Below are positions 1 to 10,089 of a DNA stretch of 64,000 bases, one piece after another. The stretch comes from Promethearchaeota archaeon. GTDB lineage: Archaea > Asgardarchaeota > Lokiarchaeia > Sigyniarchaeales > SOKP01. The notes beneath the pieces were generated by a model, which saw only the letters and a list, made by a program, of their open reading frames with translations, had not been told where the DNA came from and made no database searches. Each line of letters starts with the position of its first letter. Position 1 is the first letter of the stretch. The stretch lies in assembly GCA_048937405.1 (NCBI GenBank), contig JBHLNF010000001.1, forward strand, positions 624,785-688,784, in the 5' to 3' direction. Position numbers and translations under genes: made by a program.

Positions 1-780
1 AGTTCTTTTTCTCTTTGAGCTTTTTGAGCTTCAATTTCCATTAATTTTTCATGTTTCTCTAATTTTTCTTGGTAGATTTTTATTTGATTTGCATAGATTT
101 CTGATTGCTCTCTCCAGCCTCTCGCATAGACTTTTTCTCTTAGATTTTCGTAAATCTCAATTATTTCAGAATAAGGGGTCTCTTTTAATACCCCTCCTTC
201 TTTGATAGCTTTTTTCATTGCCAAATCAAATTCCCTTTCGCGTTTTTCTGCTTTATTAACCATCTCCATAATATAGTTTTGGAATTCTTTTTCTTCCTCT
301 TTTTTCTTAATAACATCCAATTTTTTTTGATCTATTTCTTCAACTTTTCCGATTTTGTGCATTTCTTCGAGTTCTTTTTCTCTTTGAGCTTTTTGAGCTT
401 CAACCTCCAATAATTTTTCATGTTTCTCCAATTTTTCTTGGTAGATTTTTATTTGATTTGCATAGATTTCTGATTGCTCTTTCCAGCCTCTCGCATGAAC
501 TTTTTCTCTTAGATTTTCGTAAATCTCAATTATTTCAGAATAAGGAGTTTCTTCTAATACTGCTCCTTTTCTATATGCCTTTCTTTGTGCAATTTCAAAA
601 TCTCGTACCATTTTCTCAGCTTTGTTGACATTTTCAACTATAAGTTTTTCAAATTTTTCTTCTTCTTTATTTTCTAAAGCTTTTATTCTCACTTCTTCCA
701 TTCCATCTTTCTTTCTTATTTTACGTATCTCTTCTAGCTCTTTTTCTCTTTGAGCTTTTTGAGCTTCAACTTCTCTTAAT
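1..780. repeat. Intragenic tandem repeat, period ~366-369 nt
   Basis: AGTTCTTTTTCTCTTTGAGCTTTTTGAGCTTCAA begins at 1 and 370, with a 1-mismatch copy at 736. Positions 1-~190 and 370-~559 are near-identical. Confidence 0.9.
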
Positions 781-2483
781 TTATTATCTTTCTTTAATCT
801 CTGATTATAAAAAGCTATTTGATTGCTATATACGGCAGCTTCCTTATTATTTCCTTTTTCTAGTAACATTTCTCTGACTTTTTCATAAATTTTAATGATT
901 TTTAGAAATGGGGGATCATTTGCTAATTTTCCTTTCTTTATAGCTTTTTTCATAGCAACATCATATTCTCGTGCCATTTTTTCTGCGCGTTTTATCATTG
1001 TATCTATAGTTTCTTCAAATTCCTTCTTTTCCTTTTCTATTTTTTTTTGTTCTTCTAATTTTTTCTGTTGATCAAGGTCTAAATCTGTGCTAGGTTCTCT
1101 TTTCTTGAATTTTATTAATTCTTCAGCTTCTTTTCGCTTTTCTATCTTTTCAGCTTCAATCTGTCTAATTTTTTGATCCTGTTTAAATTTTTGAATATAA
1201 ACATTAATCGTATTATCATAAATTTCTGCTTCACTATTCCATCCTTTTTCAAGAAGTAATTCCTTTATTCTCTTGTAGATTTCAATCACTTTAGGATAAA
1301 TGCATTCTTCCACCAATGTTCCCTTCTTAATAGATTTTTGCATCTCCAATTCGTATTCACGAGTTATTTTAGCTGCTTCAGTTGCCATGTTATCAATCTG
1401 AGCTTTGAAGAATTCTTGCTCCATTTTTTGAAGTTCTAAACCTCTTAGTCTTTGCATCTGTTCAAATTTTTCTTGTTCTTCTAATTCTTTAACTTGTTGT
1501 TCTGTAACTTTATCTATTTGAATTTCTTTTTCAATTTCTTTTTCAATTTTAACTTTTTTTCTCTCAATAGATTGAAGATATGTGATTTTTTCTGTTTTTA
1601 TTTGCTCAATTGTATCTTGAATTTTCTTAAATTCATAAGTCCAATTCAATTCTTTGAATAAATTTGCTCCTTCTTCATACAAGGTTAAAGCTTGATCATA
1701 TTGATGATCTTTAGCTAAATCTACTGCGTCATCTAATATCTTATATGCTCTAGATGATATATCTTCTTCATGCTTTTTTGTTTCAAGATATTGTTCTAAT
1801 TTTTTCTCTTTTAACTGTTCCTCATTTAAAACTGTTTGATATTCTTCACTACTTTCCATTTCTTTTTTAATACTTCGTAAATATTCAGCTTTCTTATTAT
1901 AACACTCTTCAATTAATTCATATAATCTTTTTATTTCATCATCTTTTCCAAGTTCTTCAAGAATATTCTCAGCCTCATCATATTTGTTAAGAGCATCCTC
2001 AAATTTATTATTATTCGCTAATTGATGAGCTTGAACAATTAATTGGTCCGCTAGACTAATTAAATCCATCGCATTTTTGGTTTCTTCATGAGATTCTATT
2101 TCCTTTATCAATTCCGTATCTTCAATCATATTGTTTTCTTCAACTACTTCTGGTACTTCAGTTTCTTTTACTTCTACTTCTTCATCTTCTCTAAAGATTT
2201 TTTCTTTAAGAATGTAAATCTCTGATATTTTATCCTTGATTGCTTTAATTTCATCTTGTTTATTAATCTGAGTGTATAATCCAAGTGCTTGACGTAATAT
2301 TTCAATTCCATCATCATAATATCGTGTATTTATTAAATCCATTGCATGCTCCACCAATTCATATGCCTCTGAAGTGATTTCATCCTCCATCTCTACTAAA
2401 TCAGAAAAAAATGCATCTTTGGTTATATCCAAATCCTCATCATCAATTTTTTCATCTAAATTCTCATCTCTTTTATTTTCCAT
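1..2483 (-). CDS. Large acidic/charged alpha-helical repeat protein (TPR/MIT-like helical units plus coiled coil); 3' end runs off the window
   Basis: Absent from the ORF track because it is truncated. ATG at 2483 follows AGGTGA and the frame stays open to position 1 (MENKRDENLDEK...). It has TPR-like segments (AYELVEHAMDLINTRYYDDGIEILRQAL; AYKILDDAVDLAKDHQYDQALTLYEEG) and at least four ~122-aa repeats with PYxxIIEIY...GW...YxNQI..Y. Confidence 0.85.
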   Translation of the reverse strand, partial: MENKRDENLDEKIDDEDLDITKDAFFSDLVEMEDEITSEAYELVEHAMDLINTRYYDDGIEILRQALGLYTQINKQDEIKAIKDKISEIYILKEKIFREDEEVEVKETEVPEVVEENNMIEDTELIKEIESHEETKNAMDLISLADQLIVQAHQLANNNKFEDALNKYDEAENILEELGKDDEIKRLYELIEECYNKKAEYLRSIKKEMESSEEYQTVLNEEQLKEKKLEQYLETKKHEEDISSRAYKILDDAVDLAKDHQYDQALTLYEEGANLFKELNWTYEFKKIQDTIEQIKTEKITYLQSIERKKVKIEKEIEKEIQIDKVTEQQVKELEEQEKFEQMQRLRGLELQKMEQEFFKAQIDNMATEAAKITREYELEMQKSIKKGTLVEECIYPKVIEIYKRIKELLLEKGWNSEAEIYDNTINVYIQKFKQDQKIRQIEAEKIEKRKEAEELIKFKKREPSTDLDLDQQKKLEEQKKIEKEKKEFEETIDTMIKRAEKMAREYDVAMKKAIKKGKLANDPPFLKIIKIYEKVREMLLEKGNNKEAAVYSNQIAFYNQRLKKDNKLREVEAQKAQREKELEEIRKIRKKDGMEEVRIKALENKEEEKFEKLIVENVNKAEKMVRDFEIAQRKAYRKGAVLEETPYSEIIEIYENLREKVHARGWKEQSEIYANQIKIYQEKLEKHEKLLEVEAQKAQREKELEEMHKIGKVEEIDQKKLDVIKKKEEEKEFQNYIMEMVNKAEKREREFDLAMKKAIKEGGVLKETPYSEIIEIYENLREKVYARGWREQSEIYANQIKIYQEKLEKHEKLMEIEAQKAQREKE

Positions 2484-2606
2484 AAATCTCACCTATTTTT
2501 AAGAAGAATTAAGAATAAAATTGTCAAATAAAATTCACAATATAAATTTTATAAATATATTTAATTACTAATAAAAAATCATTTAACGAAAATATATATT
2601 TAAGGA

Positions 2607-2999
2607 TTATAAATCAAATTTACTCAGATTTTTATTAAGATAATCATCGCAAATTCTTCCTCCTTCACTTGTTAAACTCCATCCATTAGCATCTCTCTTT
2701 ACAAGATTTAAATTTTCTACACTAGTCAAAATATTATGTACTTCTTCTTCACTTTTACGAATATTAAAATCAACTCTAAGACTAAATAAGATTTCATCAA
2801 TTGGAACAGAACCTCCAAGTTCATCTTCCATCACACCTAAAGCTGCAATTATTTGATTTTGTTCAATCATTCCTGCGTCCATAGTATGTGAAACTTCATC
2901 AAGTAGCCATGGATTTTTATCTAACAGCTTTTTAATTGCTTTTTCATCACCTTTCTTAAAAAGATTATCGAATTCTTCTCTAATCTTCTTCTTAGCCAT
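2607..2999 (-). CDS. Hypothetical protein with C-terminal winged-helix-like domain
   Basis: 130-aa ORF; EEEVHNILTSVENLNLVKRDANGWSLTSEG fits a wHTH recognition helix and wing. Confidence 0.65.
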   Translation of the reverse strand: MAKKKIREEFDNLFKKGDEKAIKKLLDKNPWLLDEVSHTMDAGMIEQNQIIAALGVMEDELGGSVPIDEILFSLRVDFNIRKSEEEVHNILTSVENLNLVKRDANGWSLTSEGGRICDDYLNKNLSKFDL

Positions 3000-3109
3000 A
3001 ATGATCGTCTATTTTATTATTGAATGTAAAAATTTCTAGATATTATTTCAATATCTATATTATAGATTTTAAAAATAAAATCTTTTATAATGTATAGAAA
3101 AAAGATAAT

Positions 3110-3829
3110 TTATTCTGACTTGTTTAAAAATTCTTCTACTTCTTCTTTATTACACATATGGAACTGTTTATCTACACCTTTTATGTATGCTAATCTTATA
3201 TTATCCTTAGATGCATCATCATCAATCGATTCTTTAAGTGTTTTTAAAGTAAAACTTATTAACTCATCAAAGGTCATGTCATCTTTATAATTCTCAATAA
3301 GATATTCTCTAGCCGTTGATTCTCCAGTTCCTATCGCGTATGATTTGAATGAACGATATATACCACTTGGTGATGTTGTATATATTTGTGAACCCCCCGC
3401 ATCAATTGCGATGAAAAAAAGCGCACATCCAAAAGGCCTTATCCCACCGTATTGACTGTACATCTGACATAGATCAGCGACAGATTTAGCTAACATATTT
3501 AACCTTACAGGTTCATCATAAGTTAATCTAAATGATTGAGCTTGAACACGGGAATAGTTAATTAATGCCCTAGAATCTGCATGCAAACCAGAAATAGCTA
3601 CTCCTATATGCTCATCAATCTGAAAAATTTTATCTATTGAATCAGCATCCATTAATTTTGAGGGTACTTTAATTTGAGCTGCGATACAGACATCTTCCTT
3701 TGATTTTACAGCTACAGCAAGAGTTCCTCTTCTAACTGCTTCCAAAGCATACTCTACTTGGTATAACCTTCCTTCTGGGCTAAAAACCGTAAGTGCGCGA
3801 TCATAAGCGCGCTGAGTTCCACCAAACAT
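3110..3829 (-). CDS. psmA: Proteasome subunit alpha
   Basis: Alpha signature YDRALTVFSPEGRLYQVEYALEAV; also GLHADSR and RPFG. Confidence 0.97.
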   Translation of the reverse strand: MFGGTQRAYDRALTVFSPEGRLYQVEYALEAVRRGTLAVAVKSKEDVCIAAQIKVPSKLMDADSIDKIFQIDEHIGVAISGLHADSRALINYSRVQAQSFRLTYDEPVRLNMLAKSVADLCQMYSQYGGIRPFGCALFFIAIDAGGSQIYTTSPSGIYRSFKSYAIGTGESTAREYLIENYKDDMTFDELISFTLKTLKESIDDDASKDNIRLAYIKGVDKQFHMCNKEEVEEFLNKSE

Positions 3830-3947
3830 AAATATTCCCTTATAATATTAATTAAATTAAATTTCTAAATTACTTTAATGATATTATTTGATAATTATTA
3901 GAAATATTTTTCAAAATTTTAATTTAATGTTTATAACAAATAAAAAA

Positions 3948-4511
3948 CTAAATCTTTTTAGTCTTTTTTAAAATAGCCATTGTAATATCTTTAAAAACAG
4001 GTTCAATTTTAAGGTCTTGCTTAGCACTTGTTTCATAGTACGCTATAGCTTTTATCTCCTCCTTTAAGGCTTCCCCATCTTTTTCTCCAACTTCTCGATT
4101 ACCCTGTTCCGCTAGATCTATTTTATTTCCAACTAGTAAATATGGTTTATCATTACCGATCACTTTTTCTACTTCAGCTTTCCAGTCTAATATATTTTGA
4201 AATGAACTGCGTCGAGTAAGATCAAAGACATATACAATTGCGGTAGCTCCACGATAAAATGGTGGTCGCACAAAGCTAAAATGCTTTTGTCCGGCTAAAT
4301 CCCAGAGCTGGAGTTTAATAAGATAATTTGGATACTCTTCTAACTCAATTTGTTTAGTAGAAAAGTTGGAACCAATTGTCATGATATAGTTCTCTTTAAA
4401 AGTATTTTCACAATACCGTAAAACCATACTTGTTTTTCCAACTCCACCATCACCAACAACACATACTTTATAAATAAATGACTTAGTAGCTGAAATCTGC
4501 CGATTCACCAT
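3948..4511 (-). CDS. Rab-like small GTPase
   Basis: G1 GDGGVGKT, G2 TIG, G3 WDLAGQ, G4 NKID, G5 ETSAK, plus FYRGA. No C-terminal Cys. Confidence 0.95.
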   Translation of the reverse strand: MVNRQISATKSFIYKVCVVGDGGVGKTSMVLRYCENTFKENYIMTIGSNFSTKQIELEEYPNYLIKLQLWDLAGQKHFSFVRPPFYRGATAIVYVFDLTRRSSFQNILDWKAEVEKVIGNDKPYLLVGNKIDLAEQGNREVGEKDGEALKEEIKAIAYYETSAKQDLKIEPVFKDITMAILKKTKKI

Positions 4512-4999
4512 TCTAATTAATTTCTTTCACTCTATTAATATATATATTCAATATATTTAATTTGTTTAGTTTTCCAAAATATTGAATTTTTCTTTTTCGA
4601 GTTTTTTTTATTATTATATTATATTCAATAAATAAAAATAATCATTATTAACTTTTGTTTTTCATTCTCTCTTTTAAAACAAACCTACAAATAAACTAGA
4701 TCAAAAGGTTATAATTCTAACAAAATTAATTCCTAATGAAGAATAATATCAAGTATCTCATGATACTCCAGTGTTCTAGAAAAAACCAATAGGAAAAAAA
4801 GTCTTTATTTCAGCTTAATTTAAAGTAAATGGTTTAAATACCATTATCATCATTCTAATTTTTCATTATATTAAATTCTTTTATAAATATTAATTTAATA
4901 AAATCATTAGATATTAACATATTTTTTAAAATAAATCAATTATAATATTTTAACTGACATAATCAAAAGCTTTCTAAATAAAATCGATAAAAGAAAAAA

Positions 5000-5470
5000 G
5001 TGAAAAAAGAAATGAATTTGTCTGCTGATCATAGAATTTCAAAGGATAAGTATTTTATGAAAATTGCTGAAGTAGTCTCTTTAAGATCAACCTGTATAAA
5101 AAGGAATGTTGGGGCAGTACTTGTTAAAAGCAACCATATTTTATCGACGGGATATAATGGAGCACCATCAGGATTATCGCATTGCACACCAGATACATGT
5201 GTTCGAAAGCATCTTAAACCTGGTGAAAAACCAGAACTTTGTAGAGGTGTACATGCTGAAATTAATTGTATAATTCAAGCCGCACTCCATGGAACTGCAA
5301 TTGAAGGTGATACTTCTCTTTATACCACAACATTTCCTTGTATGAGTTGTTTAAAGCTAATTATCAACGCAAAAATTAAGCGATTAGTCCACAAAGAAGG
5401 TTATAATATGGAAAATATCGTAAAAGCAGATCTAGTAAAGAATTCCAATTTAGAAATTATTAAATTTTGA
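5000..5470 (+). CDS. dCMP deaminase / cytidine deaminase family protein (start may be ATG 5012)
   Basis: RSTC, VGAV, TGYNG, HAE and PCxxC zinc-deaminase motifs. Confidence 0.92.
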   Translation: MKKEMNLSADHRISKDKYFMKIAEVVSLRSTCIKRNVGAVLVKSNHILSTGYNGAPSGLSHCTPDTCVRKHLKPGEKPELCRGVHAEINCIIQAALHGTAIEGDTSLYTTTFPCMSCLKLIINAKIKRLVHKEGYNMENIVKADLVKNSNLEIIKF

Positions 5471-5516
5471 TATTTAAGATATAAAAAATTAAAAAAAAAG
5501 AATAACAATTACATAA

Positions 5517-7241
5517 TTACATTAATTCTACTAACTGATTTCTCAATATTTTCTTCTCGATTTTTCCCACTATAGTGAGTGGAAGCTCTTCTAAAAATTC
5601 AATTACTTTAGGAACTTCATAAGGAGCTAAATTATCTTTAGAGAATTTTATTATATCTTCTTTGAGTATTTCTATATTTCCATCAAATTGAAAATCAGGA
5701 TTTATTTGTATAAAAGCTTTAACGAGTTCAGATCCTGGTTTTTCTGGGTTTGGGATTCCGATTAATGCAACTAAGTCAATAGCAGGATGACGTGCTAGAC
5801 TATCCTCAACTTTAGCGGAATAAACTTTAAATCCACTAACATTAATCATGTCTTTTATGCGATCAACAATTTGAATATAACCATCATCATCCATTATACC
5901 AACATCACCAGTATGCATATAACCATCTTTATCTATTGTTTTTGCAGTTTCTTCCGGTTTATTGTAATATCCTCGCATTACTGAAGGACTTTTTACACAA
6001 ATTTCTCCAGGTTCTCCCAAAGGAACAATTTTATTGGTGTCAGGATCAACAATCTTTAACTCAACATTTAAAAATGGTAATCCTACAGTACCCAATTTTT
6101 TCTCCCCTAAGGAAGGATTCATTGTTGCTACAGGTGATAATTCTGTCATTCCATATAATTCTAATAATTTACCTTTCCCTACTATGCTTTCCAACAGTTC
6201 TTGGGATTCTTTAGGAAATGGAGCCGCTGCTGAAACACAATATTTTAAATTAGAATGATTTAGCCTTTTAAATTTGCGAAAATTTATTAAAATGTGATAG
6301 AGTGAGGGCACATTTACTAGAACTGTAGGTTTGTATTTTTTTATTTCATTGCAAATTTGTAAGGCTTCCCGTGGATTAGCAATTAGAATTTGACCCCAAC
6401 CATTGGCCATAGCACCTTCACATACGGATAAACCTGCAATATGAAACATTGGAAAACCACTTAAGAGTATACCATTTCCTTCTTCCCATTGAAGCCATTT
6501 AATAATTCCTTTTATGTTTGAAACGCAATTTCTATGACTTAACATTGCACCTTTTGGAGATCCTGTTGTACCACCAGTATATTGAATCCACCCAATATCA
6601 TCTGGAGTCAAACTAACTTTTGGTAAATCAGCAGGATAATTCCTCAAAACATTATCTTGATAGTTTAAGACAATTTTTCCTTTCAGTGGGGTTACCACAC
6701 CAAAGGGGATATCTGAAATTGCTTTTATTCTTTCTTGTTGCTCTTTTGGAAATGAACCAATTACACTTGTTGCTACTATAAGTCTAAGTTCTGGTAATTT
6801 ATCAATTATTTTTTTTAAACGATGTTCAAAAATAACATCTAGAGTAACCAAACCTACCTTCTTACTTCCTTTCCCTAAATCCTCTAATTGATAATGCATT
6901 TGGACATCAGATAATAGAGGACTGACTCCTGAAACAATGCAACCTGTCTTTAGTGTGCCTAATACGGAATATACATATTCCGGTGTATTTGGTAAATTTA
7001 CACCTACAATATCCCCTTTTTTAAAACCATTTTCGACTAGCATATTAGCAAATTGATTAGAATGTCTATCCAGCTCTTCAAAACTGATTTCTAATCCCTG
7101 AAATGCAAGTGCCATATTATTTGGATATTTATCGAATATATCTCTTAACATTTCCGGATAAGTAGTATTATATTCTTCCGGTTCAAGATCTTCTATACCA
7201 GGATCCCAATTTGCTTTCCAAAAACGATTGTTATAACTCAT
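5517..7241 (-). CDS. Long-chain acyl-CoA synthetase (AMP-forming)
   Basis: YTGGTTGSPKG, YGMTE, HTGD, DRIKD and GKIEKK. ATG 7241 preferred over TTG 7262. Confidence 0.93.
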   Translation of the reverse strand: MSYNNRFWKANWDPGIEDLEPEEYNTTYPEMLRDIFDKYPNNMALAFQGLEISFEELDRHSNQFANMLVENGFKKGDIVGVNLPNTPEYVYSVLGTLKTGCIVSGVSPLLSDVQMHYQLEDLGKGSKKVGLVTLDVIFEHRLKKIIDKLPELRLIVATSVIGSFPKEQQERIKAISDIPFGVVTPLKGKIVLNYQDNVLRNYPADLPKVSLTPDDIGWIQYTGGTTGSPKGAMLSHRNCVSNIKGIIKWLQWEEGNGILLSGFPMFHIAGLSVCEGAMANGWGQILIANPREALQICNEIKKYKPTVLVNVPSLYHILINFRKFKRLNHSNLKYCVSAAAPFPKESQELLESIVGKGKLLELYGMTELSPVATMNPSLGEKKLGTVGLPFLNVELKIVDPDTNKIVPLGEPGEICVKSPSVMRGYYNKPEETAKTIDKDGYMHTGDVGIMDDDGYIQIVDRIKDMINVSGFKVYSAKVEDSLARHPAIDLVALIGIPNPEKPGSELVKAFIQINPDFQFDGNIEILKEDIIKFSKDNLAPYEVPKVIEFLEELPLTIVGKIEKKILRNQLVELM

Positions 7242-7513
7242 TATATTTTCACATAAGTTCAATAGTTTCGCTTTTTTAAAATTATAAGATTGATATTATG
7301 CTTGATTTTTTATAAAGTTTGATTTTGTCATTACTTTTTAATTTAATAATACAATGATAAAATGATTCATTTAAATATTAAACAAATTTTTTCTCTTTTT
7401 ATTTTACTTTTACTTTTAATCACCTCTCCTTCCCTGGCTCTCTGAAATTATATTCCTTTTAAAAGAAGATTGATTCTTAATAAATAAAACAATATTACTC
7501 TACTAAGGAAAAA

Positions 7514-8326
7514 TTGTGTGTATTTCAGAAAATTGTCGGTGTATCTCTGTTTTATTTTGAAGAATCGTTACTTATAATGATGACGTTTGATTCGGGCTTC
7601 AAATTTCTTATGAGGAATAATCATTCTCAACTCATTTCAAGTGGAGATGCTACACTAGATAATTTGCTTTCAGGGGGGTTTCATCGCGATCTAGTGTATT
7701 TACTCTATGGAGATAAGAAGCTAACAACCAATATTCTCTTAACAACGGCGGTTATCACCCAAAAAGCTTTTAACAATGGAGGGCTAGGAGAAGGCATCAG
7801 AGTCGCTTTCATCGATGGAAATAATCGTTTTAACCCTTACAATGTGAGTAAATTTGCAGTTTCACAGAATTTATCCCCTCGTAAAGTATTAGAAAACATC
7901 CTCATAAGCAGATCGTTCACTTTTGACCAGATGGTTGAAATTTTAGAGAATAGGCTATCCACACTTGAAGATGTCAAAGTTGTGTTGATCTCTGGAATTA
8001 CATCCATGTTTGAAGTCTACGAAAAGCAGACATTCGAAGACCTGCTAAGAATGATAGATGGAATTAAACAAATACTCTGGAAAACAAAACCCCTCATTAT
8101 TATAACAGCACCTTTACATGAAAATTCCCTTTTCAGACCAAAGGGAGGAAAGATTCTCTCCCATTTTGGAAATGTGCTAGTAATGATAAATGATGATAAT
8201 CGATATGTAGAGTATACACTTGTTCAGCATCCTTATTTGCCTGAAAATAGAGAATTAAAGTGGAAGCCCCGCAAACCAAAAAAAAAAGCCCCTTTAAAGA
8301 ATACAATGCTTGATTACTGGTTCTAG
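7514..8326 (+). CDS. Inactivated RadA/RecA-fold protein (iRadA, PolB2-associated); true start probably ATG 7577 or 7610
   Basis: SSGDATLDNLLSGG and FIDGNNRFNPY are RadA-like, but Walker A reads YGDKKLTT (no GxGKT) and Walker B reads VLISG (no Asp). Confidence 0.85.
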   Translation: MCVFQKIVGVSLFYFEESLLIMMTFDSGFKFLMRNNHSQLISSGDATLDNLLSGGFHRDLVYLLYGDKKLTTNILLTTAVITQKAFNNGGLGEGIRVAFIDGNNRFNPYNVSKFAVSQNLSPRKVLENILISRSFTFDQMVEILENRLSTLEDVKVVLISGITSMFEVYEKQTFEDLLRMIDGIKQILWKTKPLIIITAPLHENSLFRPKGGKILSHFGNVLVMINDDNRYVEYTLVQHPYLPENRELKWKPRKPKKKAPLKNTMLDYWF

Positions 8327-8331
8327 ATTAA

Positions 8332-8754
8332 TTACCAAAAAGCTTTTTCAAATTTATCTATAGTGTCTTGTAAACTATCTTTAATGTGGTTTTCGAAATC
8401 AGCAAACAAGTTTAAATCATTATCCCAGTTATTAAGTATCTCTTTTGAATATAAATTGAAGAACTTATTTACAATCCTATTTAACTCTTCTTTGACTTTT
8501 TTTTCCTTAGTCTTTTTCGAGGAATTAACAATAAAAGATATCCCATACTTTTTTATAATGAAATATTTTATATTTTTTAATTCAAAATTAGATAAGCCAC
8601 CTGTTTCTAACTCTTCTGCTAAAAGATTCAATGCAGAGAATAAAGCTCCAATTAATTGTTCTTCTATATATTTACCGAAAACACGCTGATATAGGACTGC
8701 CCCTGCTTCATTTATTATCCAAATATCTTGTATTATTTTTTCCACAGAAATCAC
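8332..8754 (-). CDS. Longin-like domain protein
   Basis: Pattern IWIINEAGAVLY..., LIGALFSALNLLAEEL, beta strands, LNRIVNKFFNLY..W...LFADF is typical of Asgard longin domains. Confidence 0.75.
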   Translation of the reverse strand: MISVEKIIQDIWIINEAGAVLYQRVFGKYIEEQLIGALFSALNLLAEELETGGLSNFELKNIKYFIIKKYGISFIVNSSKKTKEKKVKEELNRIVNKFFNLYSKEILNNWDNDLNLFADFENHIKDSLQDTIDKFEKAFW

Positions 8755-8839
8755 AGCTTAATGTAATCCAATTAATATTCAAATTAATATAATAAAAACA
8801 AATCAATTTAATATATAGTAATTTAAGAATTTAAAATTA

Positions 8840-9574
8840 CTATTCTCTAGATTTTGGTTTAACATAACCTCTATAAGCAAAAAATATCCCTACTATTGCA
8901 AAACTCCAAGCTAGAAAATAAAATACAGTAAAACCTGGACTCCCTAAAAAAATTAACACTCGGTCGATTGCAAAACTGAGAAATATTAACATAAAACTAA
9001 ATGCCATGATTGCTAATGATAAAAATGCTTGTTTATATGGTTTTTCCTCCACTCCCCGATAAGATTCTATTGATCTTCGTAAAAAAGGGGCATATACCAT
9101 AACCATATATATAAAAACAATTAAAAATGCGAATATGTCCAAAAATGTATTGTCATATTGATATATAAATAAGACATAAAGACTTGCTATTATCCCGTAA
9201 ATTATTATGATATATTTTTGAATTGTGTTATATCCTTTTTCGAATACATTTACTTTTAATATGTAAGATAAAAAAATGGCAATCGTTACAAAGAATTCAC
9301 TTAACCTAAAGTCTACAACTATATTATATAAATATGCAATTATTGAATCATCTTGTACCACATTTACTTTTGTAACCACAAGAACTTTTGAAATCCAAGA
9401 AAAGACAATTGCAATAAAGTAACATATGAAAATTATGAATAGTAGGCGAGTTAGCTTATGACGTTTAATAAAATACTTCTTTAATATAAGTATTAACAGA
9501 ACCACAGTGAAAACAATGATAAAAAGCTCAAAAATCATACCGATAAAATTTAATAATATAATTTGTTCAACCAT
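8840..9574 (-). CDS. Seven-transmembrane membrane protein
   Basis: 244 aa with seven hydrophobic segments and basic loops (KKYFIKRHK after TM1, RRS after TM5). Confidence 0.75.
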   Translation of the reverse strand: MVEQIILLNFIGMIFELFIIVFTVVLLILILKKYFIKRHKLTRLLFIIFICYFIAIVFSWISKVLVVTKVNVVQDDSIIAYLYNIVVDFRLSEFFVTIAIFLSYILKVNVFEKGYNTIQKYIIIIYGIIASLYVLFIYQYDNTFLDIFAFLIVFIYMVMVYAPFLRRSIESYRGVEEKPYKQAFLSLAIMAFSFMLIFLSFAIDRVLIFLGSPGFTVFYFLAWSFAIVGIFFAYRGYVKPKSRE

Positions 9575-9815
9575 GATATACTAGTATGATCAACTGTAAA
9601 TTTAAAATTTTATTTTAAAATTTAAAGATTTGATTTTGTTTTTTCTAATAGAAGGGTCTAATATACATAAGAAAATTACTAAGGATTATATTTTTGAAAT
9701 GAAAATACTAAAATGAAATATATCACCCAGAAATTAGAAAATTTGCAATGTATTCTCCTTTTAATTATCTGAAATACTCATTCTCTGGGATTCTAATAGA
9801 ATCGGATGATAAATA

Positions 9816-10088
9816 ATGGGTAGAACTGTACCTTCTTTTAGACCTGCTTTAGAACATGAAATTGAAAGTTGGAAGGATTTCAAAAGAACGTTACGTCCAG
9901 AAGAACAGAATATATTTGACAAATTGATGAATTTTGCTCGAATACATGCAGATGCAGGCAGCATGAGTGCACGTCCCCTGTTGTCAGATGTTTTATTTAT
10001 CTCTTTTGCTATTGAACAGGAAAAAAAAATCGAGATATTAGAAGAAAAAGTGAAAGAATTAGAAAAAATAATTAAAAGAAAAGATTAG
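9816..10088 (+). CDS. Small PolB2 partner protein (PPB2 / arCOG07300-like)
   Basis: MGRTVPSFR...W..F..TLR.EEQ.IFD.L is the N-terminal pattern of the small helical protein encoded next to archaeal polB2. Ends 1 nt before polB2. Confidence 0.85.
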   Translation: MGRTVPSFRPALEHEIESWKDFKRTLRPEEQNIFDKLMNFARIHADAGSMSARPLLSDVLFISFAIEQEKKIEILEEKVKELEKIIKRKD

Positions 10089-10089
10089 G

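Noticed and set aside
1-780. Repeats as a CRISPR array
   Set aside because: Period ~369 nt, in frame within a coding sequence, and no cas genes.
7367-7423. 18-codon basic ORF on the minus strand after a purine-rich RBS-like stretch
   Set aside because: Too short and low-complexity to support.
7501-9685. TACTAAGGA upstream of both iRadA (7501) and the PolB2 partner (9677) as a damage-response box
   Set aside because: The same 9-mer also occurs inside coding regions (~17385, ~63352), and its spacing to the starts is not clearly consistent.
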